31,603 nucleotides of DNA from the NCBI GenBank assembly GCA_002269645.1, contig NIVC01002248.1, positions 1 to 31,603 on the forward strand, written 5' to 3'. The translations under genes and the position numbers were made by a program. The notes under the pieces were generated by a model, which saw only the letters and a list, made by a program, of their open reading frames with translations, made no database searches and was not told the DNA's origin. This stretch comes from Macrostomum lignano (lineage: Eukaryota). This document shows positions 1 through 10,600 of the stretch, piece by piece; position 1 is the first letter of the stretch, and each line of letters begins with the position of its first letter.

Positions 1-531
1 CCGCTTTGCCCTGCTGTGCCGGCGCTACAGCCTTGACGACTTCATTAGCGCCATAGCCAGCCTGTCAGACGGCTGCGAGGCTGCCGACGCCGCACTGCTA
101 CTGCGCCGTTGTCCGCCAAGAAGAAGCACAAGAAGCGGCGCGGACTACCCTGGACCCGGCGTCGGCACAGCACTGGCCCCGCCGCCGAGGAGCCGCTGTC
201 CGCCTCTCTGGAGGGTCTCGGCCTTTGCGAGACCGCTGCTCGGGCCGCTGTTCTGCTGGACGAGCCGCTGCCGTCGCCGCCACCAACGCCGCCGACGGCA
301 TCCAATGAGACGGTTGAGACGCAAGCGCAGCCGTCGAAGCAGCCCCAGTCGCAGCCGCCGGCTCAGCCGATTTTAGCGGAGCCGCCTGCGCAGCCGCTGC
401 TGCCGAGGCGCTGCAGGGCCCGGCCAGCTGTTCGCCAGGCGGAGAAAACGCCTACGCAGCGACTGCGTTGTGTTTGGCGAATCGGCCTGACTGTCTGCGA
501 GATGCTTATAGCGAAACTCTCTTGCATTTGA
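1..531 (+). CDS. 3' terminal coding part of an unidentified gene (starts upstream of the window), with one apparent frameshift near 108
   Basis: Frame 2 reads RFALLCRRYSLDDFISAIASLSDGCEAADAALLLR from base 2. It continues after a 1-nt loss into ORF 109..531 (LSAKKKHKKRR NLS-like, then Pro/Gln-rich tail) to TGA 529-531. GC-rich like the other exons, followed by an AT-rich 3' region with AATAAA at 670-675. No family recognised. Confidence 0.55.
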
Positions 532-810
532 CTGATCAATTCGACTCTTCGATTCAACTATGCAACAGTTGTTTGTAAATCTGTTTAAGCAGCAGATTTT
601 TCGCTAGTTTTTTATTTAAACTGTCCTTTGGCTTGCTGTGAAATTTTAACCGCGATCTGGAGTTTTGTTAATAAAATCCTGCACTGAATATTGAACGCAA
701 GTGAATGCATACCGTATGCTTGCATTCAATATTGTTTTTGGCAGTCTTGACCGATTTCAAGTCTCTTGTCGTTTTGCTTTTGTAGGTCCTAGCTCATCTG
801 TGCCAGCAGT

Positions 811-1757
811 GCCATCTCACCTGAGCCCATTAGTCCATCTCATCTGAGCCCATTAGTCCCATCTCATCTGAGCCCATTAGTCCCATCTCATCTGAGCCCA
901 TTAGTCCCATCTCACCTGAGCCCAGTAGTCCCATCTCACCTGAGCCCAGTAGTCCCATCTCATCTGAGCTTAGTAGTCCCATCTCACTGAGCCCAGTAGT
1001 CCCATCTCATCTGAGCCCAGTAGTCCCATCTCATCTGAGCTTAGTAGTCCCATCTCACTGAGCCCAGTAGTCCCATCTCATCTGAGCCAGTAGTCCCATC
1101 TCATCTGAGCCCAGTAGTCCCATCTCACCTGAGCCCAGTAGTCCCATCTCATCTGAGCCCAGTAGTCCCATCTCATCTGAGCCCAGTAGTCCCATCTCAC
1201 CTGAGCCCAGTAGTCCCATCTCATCTGAGCCCAGTAGTCCCATCTCATCTGAGCCCAGTAGTCCCATCTCATCTGAGCCCAGTAGTCCCATCTCATCTGA
1301 GCCCAGTAGTCCCATCTCATCTGAGCCCATAGTCCCATCTCATCTGAGCCCAGTAGTCCCATCTCATCTGAGCCCAGTAGTCCCATCTCATCTGAGCCCT
1401 GTTGTTCATCTCATCTGAGCCCAGTAGTCCCATCTCACTGAGCCCAGTAGTCCCATCTCATCTGAGCCCATTAGTCCCATCTCATCTGAGCCCAGTAGTC
1501 CCATCTCATCTGAGCCCTGTTGTTCATCTCATCTGAGCCCAGTAGTCCATCTCATCTGAGCCAGTAGTCCATCTTATCTGTGCCCATTAGTCCCATCTTA
1601 CCTGTGCCATTAGTCCATCTTACCTGTGCCCATTGGTCCCATCTTACCTGTGCCCATTAGTCCCATCTTACCTGTGCCATTGGTCCCATCTTACCTGTGC
1701 CATTAGTCCCACCTCACCTGTGTCCATTAGTCCCACCTCACCTGTGTCCATTAGTCT
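811..1757. repeat. Tandem minisatellite, ~24-bp unit CTGAGCCCAGTAGTCCCATCTCAT, about 39 copies
   Basis: Unit is directly visible. Central copies are near-identical; right-hand copies drift to CTGTGCCCATTAGTCCCATCTTAC. Confidence 0.97.
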
Positions 1758-2036
1758 TATCAGTTGTAACGTGAACGCAGTAGTGCTATCTCGCTAAGCT
1801 CAGCAGACCTGTCTCGCTGGAGTCTTTTAAACTATAAATTGTGTATATCCTATCATGCTAACATAAAAGCTAGTATTTCAGTCATTATATAATTAAGTGC
1901 TCTTTGAAACGGACAATTTCTAAAATCCAAATTTCTTATTGCAGCAGACCGACCGGAGTTGCTATGCTGTGACCCGGACACTGTCTGGCCAAATATTATC
2001 TAATCTGACGTCAAAGCTTGAATAGCTTCAACAGCT

Positions 2037-5000
2037 ATGGAGTACGACCCCGCTTTTCCAACCGAGTGAGTTTGCTGTTCCATCAGATACCATGCATCAC
2101 TGAAACTATTATCTGGACTGGAGCAGACTCAGACTGAATAGTCCAGATGTGTTTCAGTGGTCCATGATTGCAGCCATGGTTGCGAAATTTATTTTCCACA
2201 TTAATAACAATCAACAAATAACTTTTCAGTGAGCTGGACGAGATTCCGATGCCAGTGCAGGCTGTCAATAGAGCCGCGCCGCCGCCGCCCCTCCGCCTCC
2301 GCCGCCTCCCCCGCCACCCCTCCGCCGCCGCCGCCGCCTCCACCGCCGCCGCCTTCGTCATCGCCGCCTCGGCCGCCGGCCCGAAACCTCCGCAAGTCGC
2401 CGCCGCCGTCATCCAGCCGATCCGACATTGACGACGACTTCGACGGCGACAAGGACTTTGGCAATGTGGCCGACATTCCCCTGCCGGACCAGCTGCCGGC
2501 GCTGGAGCACACCGCGGCCCCTCCACCGCCGGATTTGTCGCACCTGTCCGCCGGCTCTCACCATTCGGCCAGCAGCGGGCCGGTGAAATTCGCATTGAAA
2601 AGCGCATTCGGCATGATCAGCTACGCCAAGAGCGGCTCCGCTGTGCCCTACTCCCAGCAGCAACCGTCTCAGCAGCCGTCAATTGTGGTTGCTTCAATGC
2701 AGCAGCAGTCTGGTGGGCAGCAGAGTGCCACTTCGCCCACCCAGCAGCAGCAGCAGCAACAACAGCAGCAGTGGAAGCAGCCAATGCCGGTCCAAGCACC
2801 GGCCGGACCGGGCAAACGGAAGCCGCTAACCTTGCAGACTGGCGTTTTGCCGGCTAAAAGAAAGAAACTGCCAGAATCGGACAGCGGCCCAGCTAGCAAT
2901 GCCGGACAGGCCGGCGGTGGCAGCGGCGGTGGAGGCGCCGCGCCCATCGGCAACCGACGCGCAGAGCTTTTCCTACCTAACGCGGCCGACATCGAGAAGA
3001 CGCCAATCCAACCGTTCGAGTCCGGATCTGGCGGCTCCTCGGTGCCCAGCACCACGGCGGCCTCATCTTCAGGAGCCGCCCTGACTGGATCTGCAAGCGG
3101 TAGTCGCACCCGCGCTGACAGTGGAAACAGATCCGGTAGTTCCGTTGTCACCGAGTCCAGCGCAGCTGGCGGCATAACCAGCCTCATGAGCAGCAGCATT
3201 GGAGGCGTGTCCTCGCTTGGCTCTGGCGGCCTCGCCAGCCTAAGCGGTGTCGGTGGCCTCAGCGGACTCTCTGGCCTTGGTGGTGTCGGCGGGCTGTCCA
3301 GTCTTGGCGGCATCTCCAGCCTCAGCGGTTCCAGTGCCCTTTCAAACCTCGGCCTGCCAAGCTTGAAACCATCAGCCCAGGGCAAGCCGAAGCATAACCG
3401 GCCGAACCTGCTGCTGGCCGCCAAGCAGGCAGCCGAGGCGCCGCCACTGCCAGACGTGTCGCACCTGAATCCGGCCGCGCTGCCGCCCATTCCCGGCGCT
3501 CTGATGACCCGCCAGGAGGCCGATCGGTTGCGATCTTCGCGAGAACGCGAACTGCTCATGATGCACCAGCGCGACGACGGCTATGTGCAGCGCGATCCCG
3601 GCGAGGACGACGGAGGAGGTGAAGGAGGAGGAAGCCGGCGCCGTCGCCGCTCCAGTGGCTCGCACGGGCACCGGCACAGGCACCGCAAGCGGAGGCGCGG
3701 CTCACGCTCCCCAGACAGCCGGCGCCATCGGCACAGCAGGCACCGAAAGTCTTCGTCGTCTCCGCGCCGGTCGCATCGTGCCTCGTCGCCGGGAGCCTCG
3801 CCGAAGAGACATCACGGCGGCGAGCGTCGGCGTTCAACAGCCGAAGCGAGCAAAAACAACGGAGACGGCGGCGCGGCCAAACCCGGCGGCGGGCGCAGAG
3901 AGTCTGGCGGAAGCTCCTACGAGACCCTGTCGGACGAGGAGCCGCAGCAGCTGACTGACACCGAGATGGGGCTTAGCGACGCTGACAATCGCGGCGCCGC
4001 GCCGTGGCTGCTGGCACTGAGCTGCGTGAGCTGCCAGAGGTTCGCGAGAAAGTGCACATGAGCTTCTCCGGCGGCGACTCCGGTGCGCCAGCCACCGGAA
4101 GCGGCGCCAACGCAACTCAAAGAAGGAACACTTCTGCGTCTAAAGGGCAGCTTAAGTCGACGCTAGCCGAGTTCGGCGAGGACGACGATGACGACGGTTG
4201 TGAAGAAGCTGATAAAGCTGGCGATGAAAAGTCGAAGGAAACAAAGGCCGCCGAATCCAAGTCTGCGGCGGTGGAGCCTGTAGAAGCGCCGCAGAGAGAA
4301 GACGATCGAAGGCCGCAGTCCCAGCTGCGCCGGAGCCTCTCGAAGGACCGCCTGGCCTCGCGATCGGCCCCAACCGCCCAGGAGGCAACGGAGAGCCGGC
4401 GCTCATCGGAGCGATCTAAGGACCGGGTCAGAGAGCGATCGCCCAATGACCAAAGCGGCGAGCGACATCGGGAGGAGCGCCGACGACGACGGTCCCAACG
4501 CCGCCGACTCAGTCGCGCCATCGACATCGGTCGCGAGGCAACAGCCGAGACGCCAAAGAAGACGGCGATCGGGGTAAGGAAGGAAGCACGAGAAGGACCG
4601 GCACCGTCGACACGGCGACAGCAATAGCGGCAGTCGCCGAAGAGACGACAATGGTCGGAATCGGCACGGCAAAAGCCGGTCAAAGCGGCGTCACCGGCGC
4701 GATGACGACGACAGCCGGTCGGCTAGCAGCGGCGAGGCTGATAGCTCTAGCGGCCGTCGAGATCGATCCCAGCGGCATCGACGCCGGCGAAGCCCCGGTG
4801 ACTCTGACGGGTCGGCAGGCGGAGGGGGCGGTGGCGGCGGCGTTAGCGGAGCTGCGCCAGGCGGAGGCGGCGGTCACCGTCAGCAGAATCAGCGGCAGCG
4901 CAGTCGCAGCCGTCAGCGCCGCAGCCGATCGGGCTCTCGGTCCAGACAGCACCACCAGAGCAAGCGAGCTTCGGCCGCTGAACCCTCCGCCGACGAGACC

Positions 5001-8000
5001 TCCGCGGCCAGCAAAGCCGAAGAGCGCGAGCGGCGCCACCTGGAGAGACAGAAGGTGAAGGAGCGGCTGCGCCAAGTCGACGCCATGATCCAGCGGCAGC
5101 GCAGCGGCGGAGGCGATACGGGAGACGACGGTAGCGCAGTCAGAAGCGGTAACGGCGACGCTGGCGCCTCTGGCGACCGCCTGCACGCCACGCGCCAGGT
5201 GGGTGACCGGCGGCGTACCGCGCATTCCGCCCTGCCTGCGGCCTGAACTGCTGAATTTGCATGACCGCCGCCCCCCGGTTTTCCTTCGTCTTTGAATTTT
5301 GTGTGCCCCCCCTTCCAAACGTTCTCGCACCTGGCAAACTTGCTAATACTATATAGCATATGCTTAGCTCGAATATATTTATTAATAATGCAAAACAACC
5401 GCTTGTCGCATTCGTAGCAACCCCGTCAGTTTCCTCTCTACTACCCCCCCCCCATCCCGTTGGTCGTCGTCGAATAAGCTTCAATAAGTTTGTTTTTACA
5501 CTGCCGAGCGATCTATTAATAATTTATATTTTTTCTCATTGTTTTATTAATTTGCCAGGCCTCTATTAAGGTTTCAGTTGGGTTCTGGGGCTTCCCTATT
5601 TAATAGGCGGGTTTCTATTTAAGCAACTGGGTTGTTTGAAGTTTTCCAGATATTCTAGTCATGAGAGCTCTAAGGATTTCAATCTACTTAGTATTAGTAG
5701 TATGGTGAATGCGCGTTCCCGTGGATTTGGTTTAGTCAACATTAATTAAAAACGTTCTACCATTGCATCCCGCCGCCTCGTTGCATTTCACTTTTGCAGC
5801 AACCAAATAGAGCAGCTGGAGCTGCTCACTCGCCAACATGTCCAGCTGCTGATGGGGACCACTTTGATCATGATGATGACCATGGGGATGATGATGCCCA
5901 ATAATCCATCGCTAACAAGCCATGCCCCAGCTCATCCAGCTAGCAATCCCGAACTGTTACCCACCCCAGGAGTCAAAGGCGGCCCCGGTCCGGGTTGACC
6001 AGCCGAAGCAGCAGCCGGTGGCGGCTACAGTCGGCGCAGCTGTCGGCGGTAAGCCCGCTAGTAAAACCGGCAGCTCCGCCGATGCCAACGCCGCTTTCAA
6101 ACAACTGACAGACTTCTTCGGCATGCTGACTAACTTCACCAAGCAGATGCAGAGCCAGGTGGCCATGCAGCAGCGGGAGCTGTCCCGCCTGCGTGCCTCC
6201 GACTCCGGCCCCACAACTGCCGCCGTCTCTGTTGTGCCGACAACTCCGCCGGGCCGACCGCCGCCCGCGCCGAGGCCGGACGATACCGCTGGCGGCGGAT
6301 GCAGCAGCGACATGTCGGTGGCTTCGTCTACCTCGCCGATGCGCGGCGATGGCGGCGGCGGCGCCAGCGATCGTAGCATCAACGAGGTCGAGCTGGACGA
6401 ACAGGACCGGCAGTCCCTCCTGGCCGGCTGCCTCTCCTCGGACGTCGCCGAGCCGGAGGAGCCGCACGACGACACCCTGGATTCGTCCGCCGCCGCTGAG
6501 GCCGCAGCTAAGCGGGCTGCTGCAGCGGCCGCCCTAGAGCCGCTCGAACCGGCCGCGCCGCCGGGCATGTCGCCGCCGAGCTACGAGCTGCTGCAACGAA
6601 GCGTTCCGCTAGCAAAATTTCTCCCGACTGAGCCGGCTTGCGGCTGGCCCTGCGATTGCAGCGTGCCAACGCCCGACCAGGCAGCCAGAGGCGCCGAGGC
6701 CTGCGGCTCCGATTGCGTCAACCGAGCCCTGCGCGTCGAATGCGACAACAGGCGCTGTCCGTGCGGCGAGATGTGCACAAATCGGCGCTTCGACTTGCCG
6801 CCATCGGCCCTGCCGCTTGAGCCTCTGTATCTGGGCGCCAGACGCGACTGGGGCGTCCGCGCCACCTCGTCTGTTGGCGCCGGCGCTTTTCTAATTGAAT
6901 TCGCCGGCGAACTGGTCGACTGGAGCGAGTTTTGGCAGCGTCGTGCAGCGGACAAGGCGGCTGGCAAGCGGCTGTACTTTATGCCGATGGGAGCCAGTCT
7001 GGTGGCTGATGCCACTGCGAATGGCAACCTGGCCAGATTTGTCAGCTGCAGCGGCAGCGCCGGAGTTGAGGCGAACACCGAAGCGCAGGTGTGGGTAACC
7101 GGCGGCCAGCGTCGGCTGGGCCTGTTCGCTAGGCGCGACATCGCCAGAGGTGAGGAGTTGGTCATCGACTGCCGGTTTCTGTCTTGGCCAGCCGCAGTCG
7201 GGGCCGAGACGCGCTGCAGCTGCTGCGGCAAGCCTTCAATGACGCTCGACTTTGGCCACGATGCTAGCCAGCTGCTGACGCTTGAGACTGTGACGCAGCC
7301 TAATGAAGTGATAAGCTTGCTCAGGGTGAGTTGGCTCATGAACTGTGTTGCTGTTGTCTGAGCCCAAATTGATTAGAAAGTCAGTACAGCTGTTGACCCT
7401 GTGTATGTATCCGTGTGGGTGTGTGCTCAGGGATTAGCGGACTGACCTCTTGCCATGATTTGCGGCAGCGTCCACAGACAGCCCTATTTCCGAACTAACT
7501 AGCTAACCCATGCTATCGTGAATTGCTGTTGAAGGCCCTGCTGCACCAGCGAGATTTGCCGATCGAAGCCAGGACCCGACTGCTACAGCTGCTGGCCGAT
7601 GCTGCAGGCCCCGCTGTCGCCGACTGCCTACTGACTCTTCGGCGGCACCACGGGCTGCAACTGACCGCCGCCTGCCTGACCGAGGCAGCGCCCAACTGCT
7701 GCTCGAATTCGTCATCCTCGCCGAACACTCAGCTGGTCTTGGCAGCTCTGCGTACGATGGCCCGCGTGCCGCTGGCATCGGCTGATCAGTTGGCCCGAGC
7801 CTCTGTGGCTGACAGCCTGCAGCAGTTGCTCCGCCGTCTGTCTGGGGACCGGGATGCAGTCGGTCAGCTGGCTGCCGAGCTGCTGGCCCGCTGGGACCGT
7901 CTGCCGAACGAAACAGCGGCTCCCGGTTCCGGCGCGGCAGCGACCGCGTCTTCAACAGCATCAACCCAAGCAGCCGCTCCCGATGCTTCCTTGGCTTTGA

Positions 8001-9103
8001 CTTCGACGACGCCGCAGCCGACGGCGGACAGTTGCGCGGCGGCCGAGGAATTCGACCGGCTGTTCGAGGCGTACGCAGGCATGACGGAGCCCGATAGAAA
8101 GCAGCTGCAGGCGGCCGCCCTCGCCGGCTCGTCCGGCGGGGTGCACGCCATCCTGTGCCGCGTGCTCGAGGCAATGCTACTGCGAGGCGGCAGCGGCGGC
8201 GGCGGCTTCCATGCCAGATCCGCCGCTATGGCCGGCTGCGTCAGCCAGGAGGATCTCGCCGATGCGGCTGCGGCTGATCCGAATGTGCACCGACTACTGC
8301 TGGCTGTCACGCAGCGAGGCGATGCGGGTGAGCCAGTTTTTTTATCGGATCATCGAGTTTTCATGTTTTTTGTGCCTGTCTACTCACGGCAGTAAGTAGT
8401 ATAATTTTCGCATTGTATTTGCATTTCATTTTGCAGCCGTCGCAGCTTCGGGCGGCCTGCCGCCGCAATGGCGCTCGGCCCGCGATCCGGACGGCCGTGT
8501 GTACTTTTACCATCTGGGCACCAGGCGGACTGTGTGGCGCGACCAGCCGGGTAGCGAGCACTCCTGGGAGCCCACCTATCCGTGGGACGCCCTGCCCGAA
8601 GAGACCGCTGCGGAGCCATCGGCGGCCGCCTCCGAGGCTGCCTTCGAGTACAACGGAGCCTGGCGCTTCCAGGTGTCCCACGACGAGATCCAGGACATGA
8701 TCACCCGGAACGCCGTGAAAATCCGGCGCCGGGAGCGCGTTGAAAAGTTGAACAGAGGCGCCGCGAGGTGGCCAGCTCGCGCGAGCTGCAGCAGAAGGCT
8801 GCCTTCACCGCCTCGATGAAGGAGTTCGTCCACGCGCACCTGCAGCGCTACTGCGCCGCCACCTGCCAGACTGGCCGCATCACCAATCAAGAGGACTTGA
8901 AGTACTTAGTCAAGAAGATGACTCACGCAATCCTGCTGAAGGAGCTGAAGCACACGCGCCATATTGAAGACCTGGAGGTGAACGCCAATGTGCAGGGCAA
9001 GGCGAAGTCTTATATTAGCAAGTATATGCGCAGCAAGGGCTCAGTGTACTGCAGGACCGGCCGGCCCTCAGCCTCTGGACACGGCGGGCCGGCTCTGCAG
9101 TGA
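2037..9103 (+). CDS. setd2: SETD2/Set2-like protein (H3K36 methyltransferase architecture) with degenerate catalytic motifs; 5 coding exons
   Basis: Exons inferred from GT-AG sites with matching phases: 2037-2065 (MEYDPAFPT), 2230-5198, ~5970-7325 (acceptor uncertain: 5799, 5930, 5939 or 5969), 7535-8327, 8437-9103. Domains: AWS (CDC...CGSDCVNRALRVEC...CPCGEMCTNRRF), SET/post-SET ~6800-7240, helical TFIIS-N-like region 7535-7900, WW (LPPQWRSARDPDGRVYFYHLGTRRTVW), C-terminal SRI (CQTGRITNQEDLKYLVKKMTHAILLKELK...AKSYISKYM). The AWS-SET-WW-SRI order is diagnostic of SETD2. Six 1-nt frameshifts must be assumed (~2290, ~2319, ~4000, ~4515, ~4583, ~8762). Confidence 0.9.
6651..7240 (+). other. AWS-SET-postSET module of the SETD2-like gene
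   Basis: Translation of ORF 5922..7361 aligns colinearly by eye with the remembered SETD2 catalytic domain: WGVRA, IEFAGE, YFM, DAT.NGNLARF, Q.W...G..RLGLFA...I..GEEL..D, CSC. Confidence 0.92.
8457..8550 (+). other. WW domain of the SETD2-like protein
   Basis: LPPQW-RSARDPDGRVYFYH-LGTRRTVW-RDQP matches the WW signature (W..YY/YF..W..P). It is visible only after splicing 8327 to 8437. Confidence 0.9.
8790..9060 (+). other. SRI (Set2-Rpb1 interaction) domain
   Basis: FTASMKEFVHAHLQRYCAATCQTGRITNQEDLKYLVKKMTHAILLKELKHTRHIEDLEVNANVQGKAKSYISKYM closely parallels the metazoan SETD2 C-terminus. Confidence 0.9.
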
Positions 9104-9571
9104 GCAGAGCGCTAGTGAGCAGACATTTTATCAAATTGAGTTCTATTGTTAGTTTGAGAATTTTATATTGATTCATCTTTTATTTATCATATTTAGTGAC
9201 ACTCGGTTAATGCGGTACTTACCTACCAACTACTGTTAGTAGGCATTGTTTTATTTCTTCATAATATTATTAGCTTTTATTTGCATTGGTTTGCTTCCCA
9301 TTGTTTTGGATATTTATAGTACTGCAGTCTGTACTGCAGAGGCTCACTAACAAATATCGATTCACAATGATGCTTTTTCTGTTGTTCTGTCTTGCTATGA
9401 TTGTTGTGTCCAAGTGTGTTGGTTGCTACTCAAAACTATTCTCTTTCACAACCTCGAGTGCGTTGATTGCTTCATATTTAAATTATTCTTCATCAATTTA
9501 TCATTCATTAATAATTTGTCATCGTTTTCCAGTTTCGTGCTAGTCTGAAAACAATTTCTGTTATTGCACTA

Positions 9572-9577
9572 AATAAA
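9572..9577 (+). terminator. Candidate polyadenylation signal of the SETD2-like gene
   Basis: AATAAA in the AT-rich region ~470 nt after the stop, followed by T-rich sequence. Confidence 0.4.
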
Positions 9578-10544
9578 AAACGGCAAAAATTTTGAATTTT
9601 TGCTCTTCAAAATTTATGCATAAAAGAGTTAATTTTTTGAACTTTAGGCTTCAATTGATGGTTTTGCTGCGGAGTACTTCTTTGTCTTTTCTATTTGCCT
9701 GTTCATTTCATGTTTTGTACTGATATGCCATGTTTTTGTATCAAATCTGTAAGTTGTACAGATTTCAGTTTTCAATTCATTATGTTCGAATTGCCCAGCT
9801 GGAAGGCTTGTAATGCAAGTGAATTACAGTCGGCTGAACATTGTCAGAACAACTCTTATTTAAGAACTCCGGTTTGGCCTTTCTTTCCTCTTCGTTTCTA
9901 TTTCTGCAGTTACTGATTGGCTTAGCTTAGCTGGGAACTATCGAGTATCTGATCCCTTTTGGAGAGAATATTGAATATCCAACTACTCAGTGTAAACCGT
10001 CGTTTACTATCGCCTATTGATCGGCAGTGCTTTTTTTGCCTAGTCATGCCGGGCGTGAGCTTTGGCTGCTACGGGTTCGGCGGGCTGCCTCTCCCCGCTC
10101 TTTCCGCCTCTCTCACCCTCGTAGGGGTGGGGGGCGCTGGCCGTCTTATTATGGCAACGTGCCTTAGTAAACAGCTGAAATTACGAGAAACAGCATTTCG
10201 CTAGAGTTTAAACACAAGGCACAGCCGGCAGCCCCACCCAATGCCCAAAGTTCCACGCTGGAATCGCAGTTTGGAACCGGGGGAGGGGGCGGGTTTGCCT
10301 CCACGCTGGCAGTAAGAGGGGGCGGGTGGATAGGACGGGTTTTTTGAACAGTAACATCACTCAGCCCCTGCGTGATTTCTAAAAATAGACTGGGATCACT
10401 GTACAATCCTGTCCCGCAATGGGTCACGTGCTTCATAGTGGGCGTGCGTATCGAAATGTACAGGCGTATAAATGTACAGCATTGCCCCGTGTTCCAACAT
10501 TGCAATTCCAGCTCTCTTGCTCTGGCGTTCTACCGGGTCGCGGA

Positions 10545-10563
10545 CCAATAGGAAAACGCCACG
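10545..10563 (+). promoter_or_regulatory. ERSE (ER stress response element) CCAAT-N9-CCACG
   Basis: CCAAT aggaaaacg CCACG is an exact consensus with a 9-nt spacer, ~250 nt upstream of the xbp1 ATG. Confidence 0.85.
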
Positions 10564-10600
10564 ACGCGTTACAGTCAGCCTTATTTAAACAACGGACTGC

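Noticed and set aside
714-785. Possible 72-nt intron (GTATGC...TTTTGTAG) downstream of the first gene
   Set aside because: No coding frame on either side and it leads into a satellite; cannot be supported without transcripts.
1055-1386. Minus-strand ORFs (MGLLGSDE)n and (AQMRWDYW)n
   Set aside because: Translations of a 24-bp satellite that lacks stops in those frames; no splice or start context.
2006-2013. Perfect CRE TGACGTCA in the SETD2-like 5' region
   Set aside because: A single 8-mer inside a presumed transcribed leader; expected by chance at this scale.
2083-8890. Numerous minus-strand and alternative-frame ORFs over the SETD2-like gene
   Set aside because: Shadows of GC-rich coding sequence; no domains, while the + strand carries coherent domains and splice sites.
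5922-9103. Functional or regulatory link between the SETD2-like gene and adjacent xbp1
   Set aside because: Only adjacency supports it; xbp1 has its own complete promoter.
10238-10257. Second ERSE-like motif CCAAT-N10-CCACG
   Set aside because: The spacer is 10 nt rather than the required 9, and it is farther from the TATA box; could be chance.
9104-10540. Short ORFs between the SETD2-like gene and xbp1, and in 27700-30190
   Set aside because: AT-rich UTR or intergenic sequence with no coding bias or recognisable motifs.
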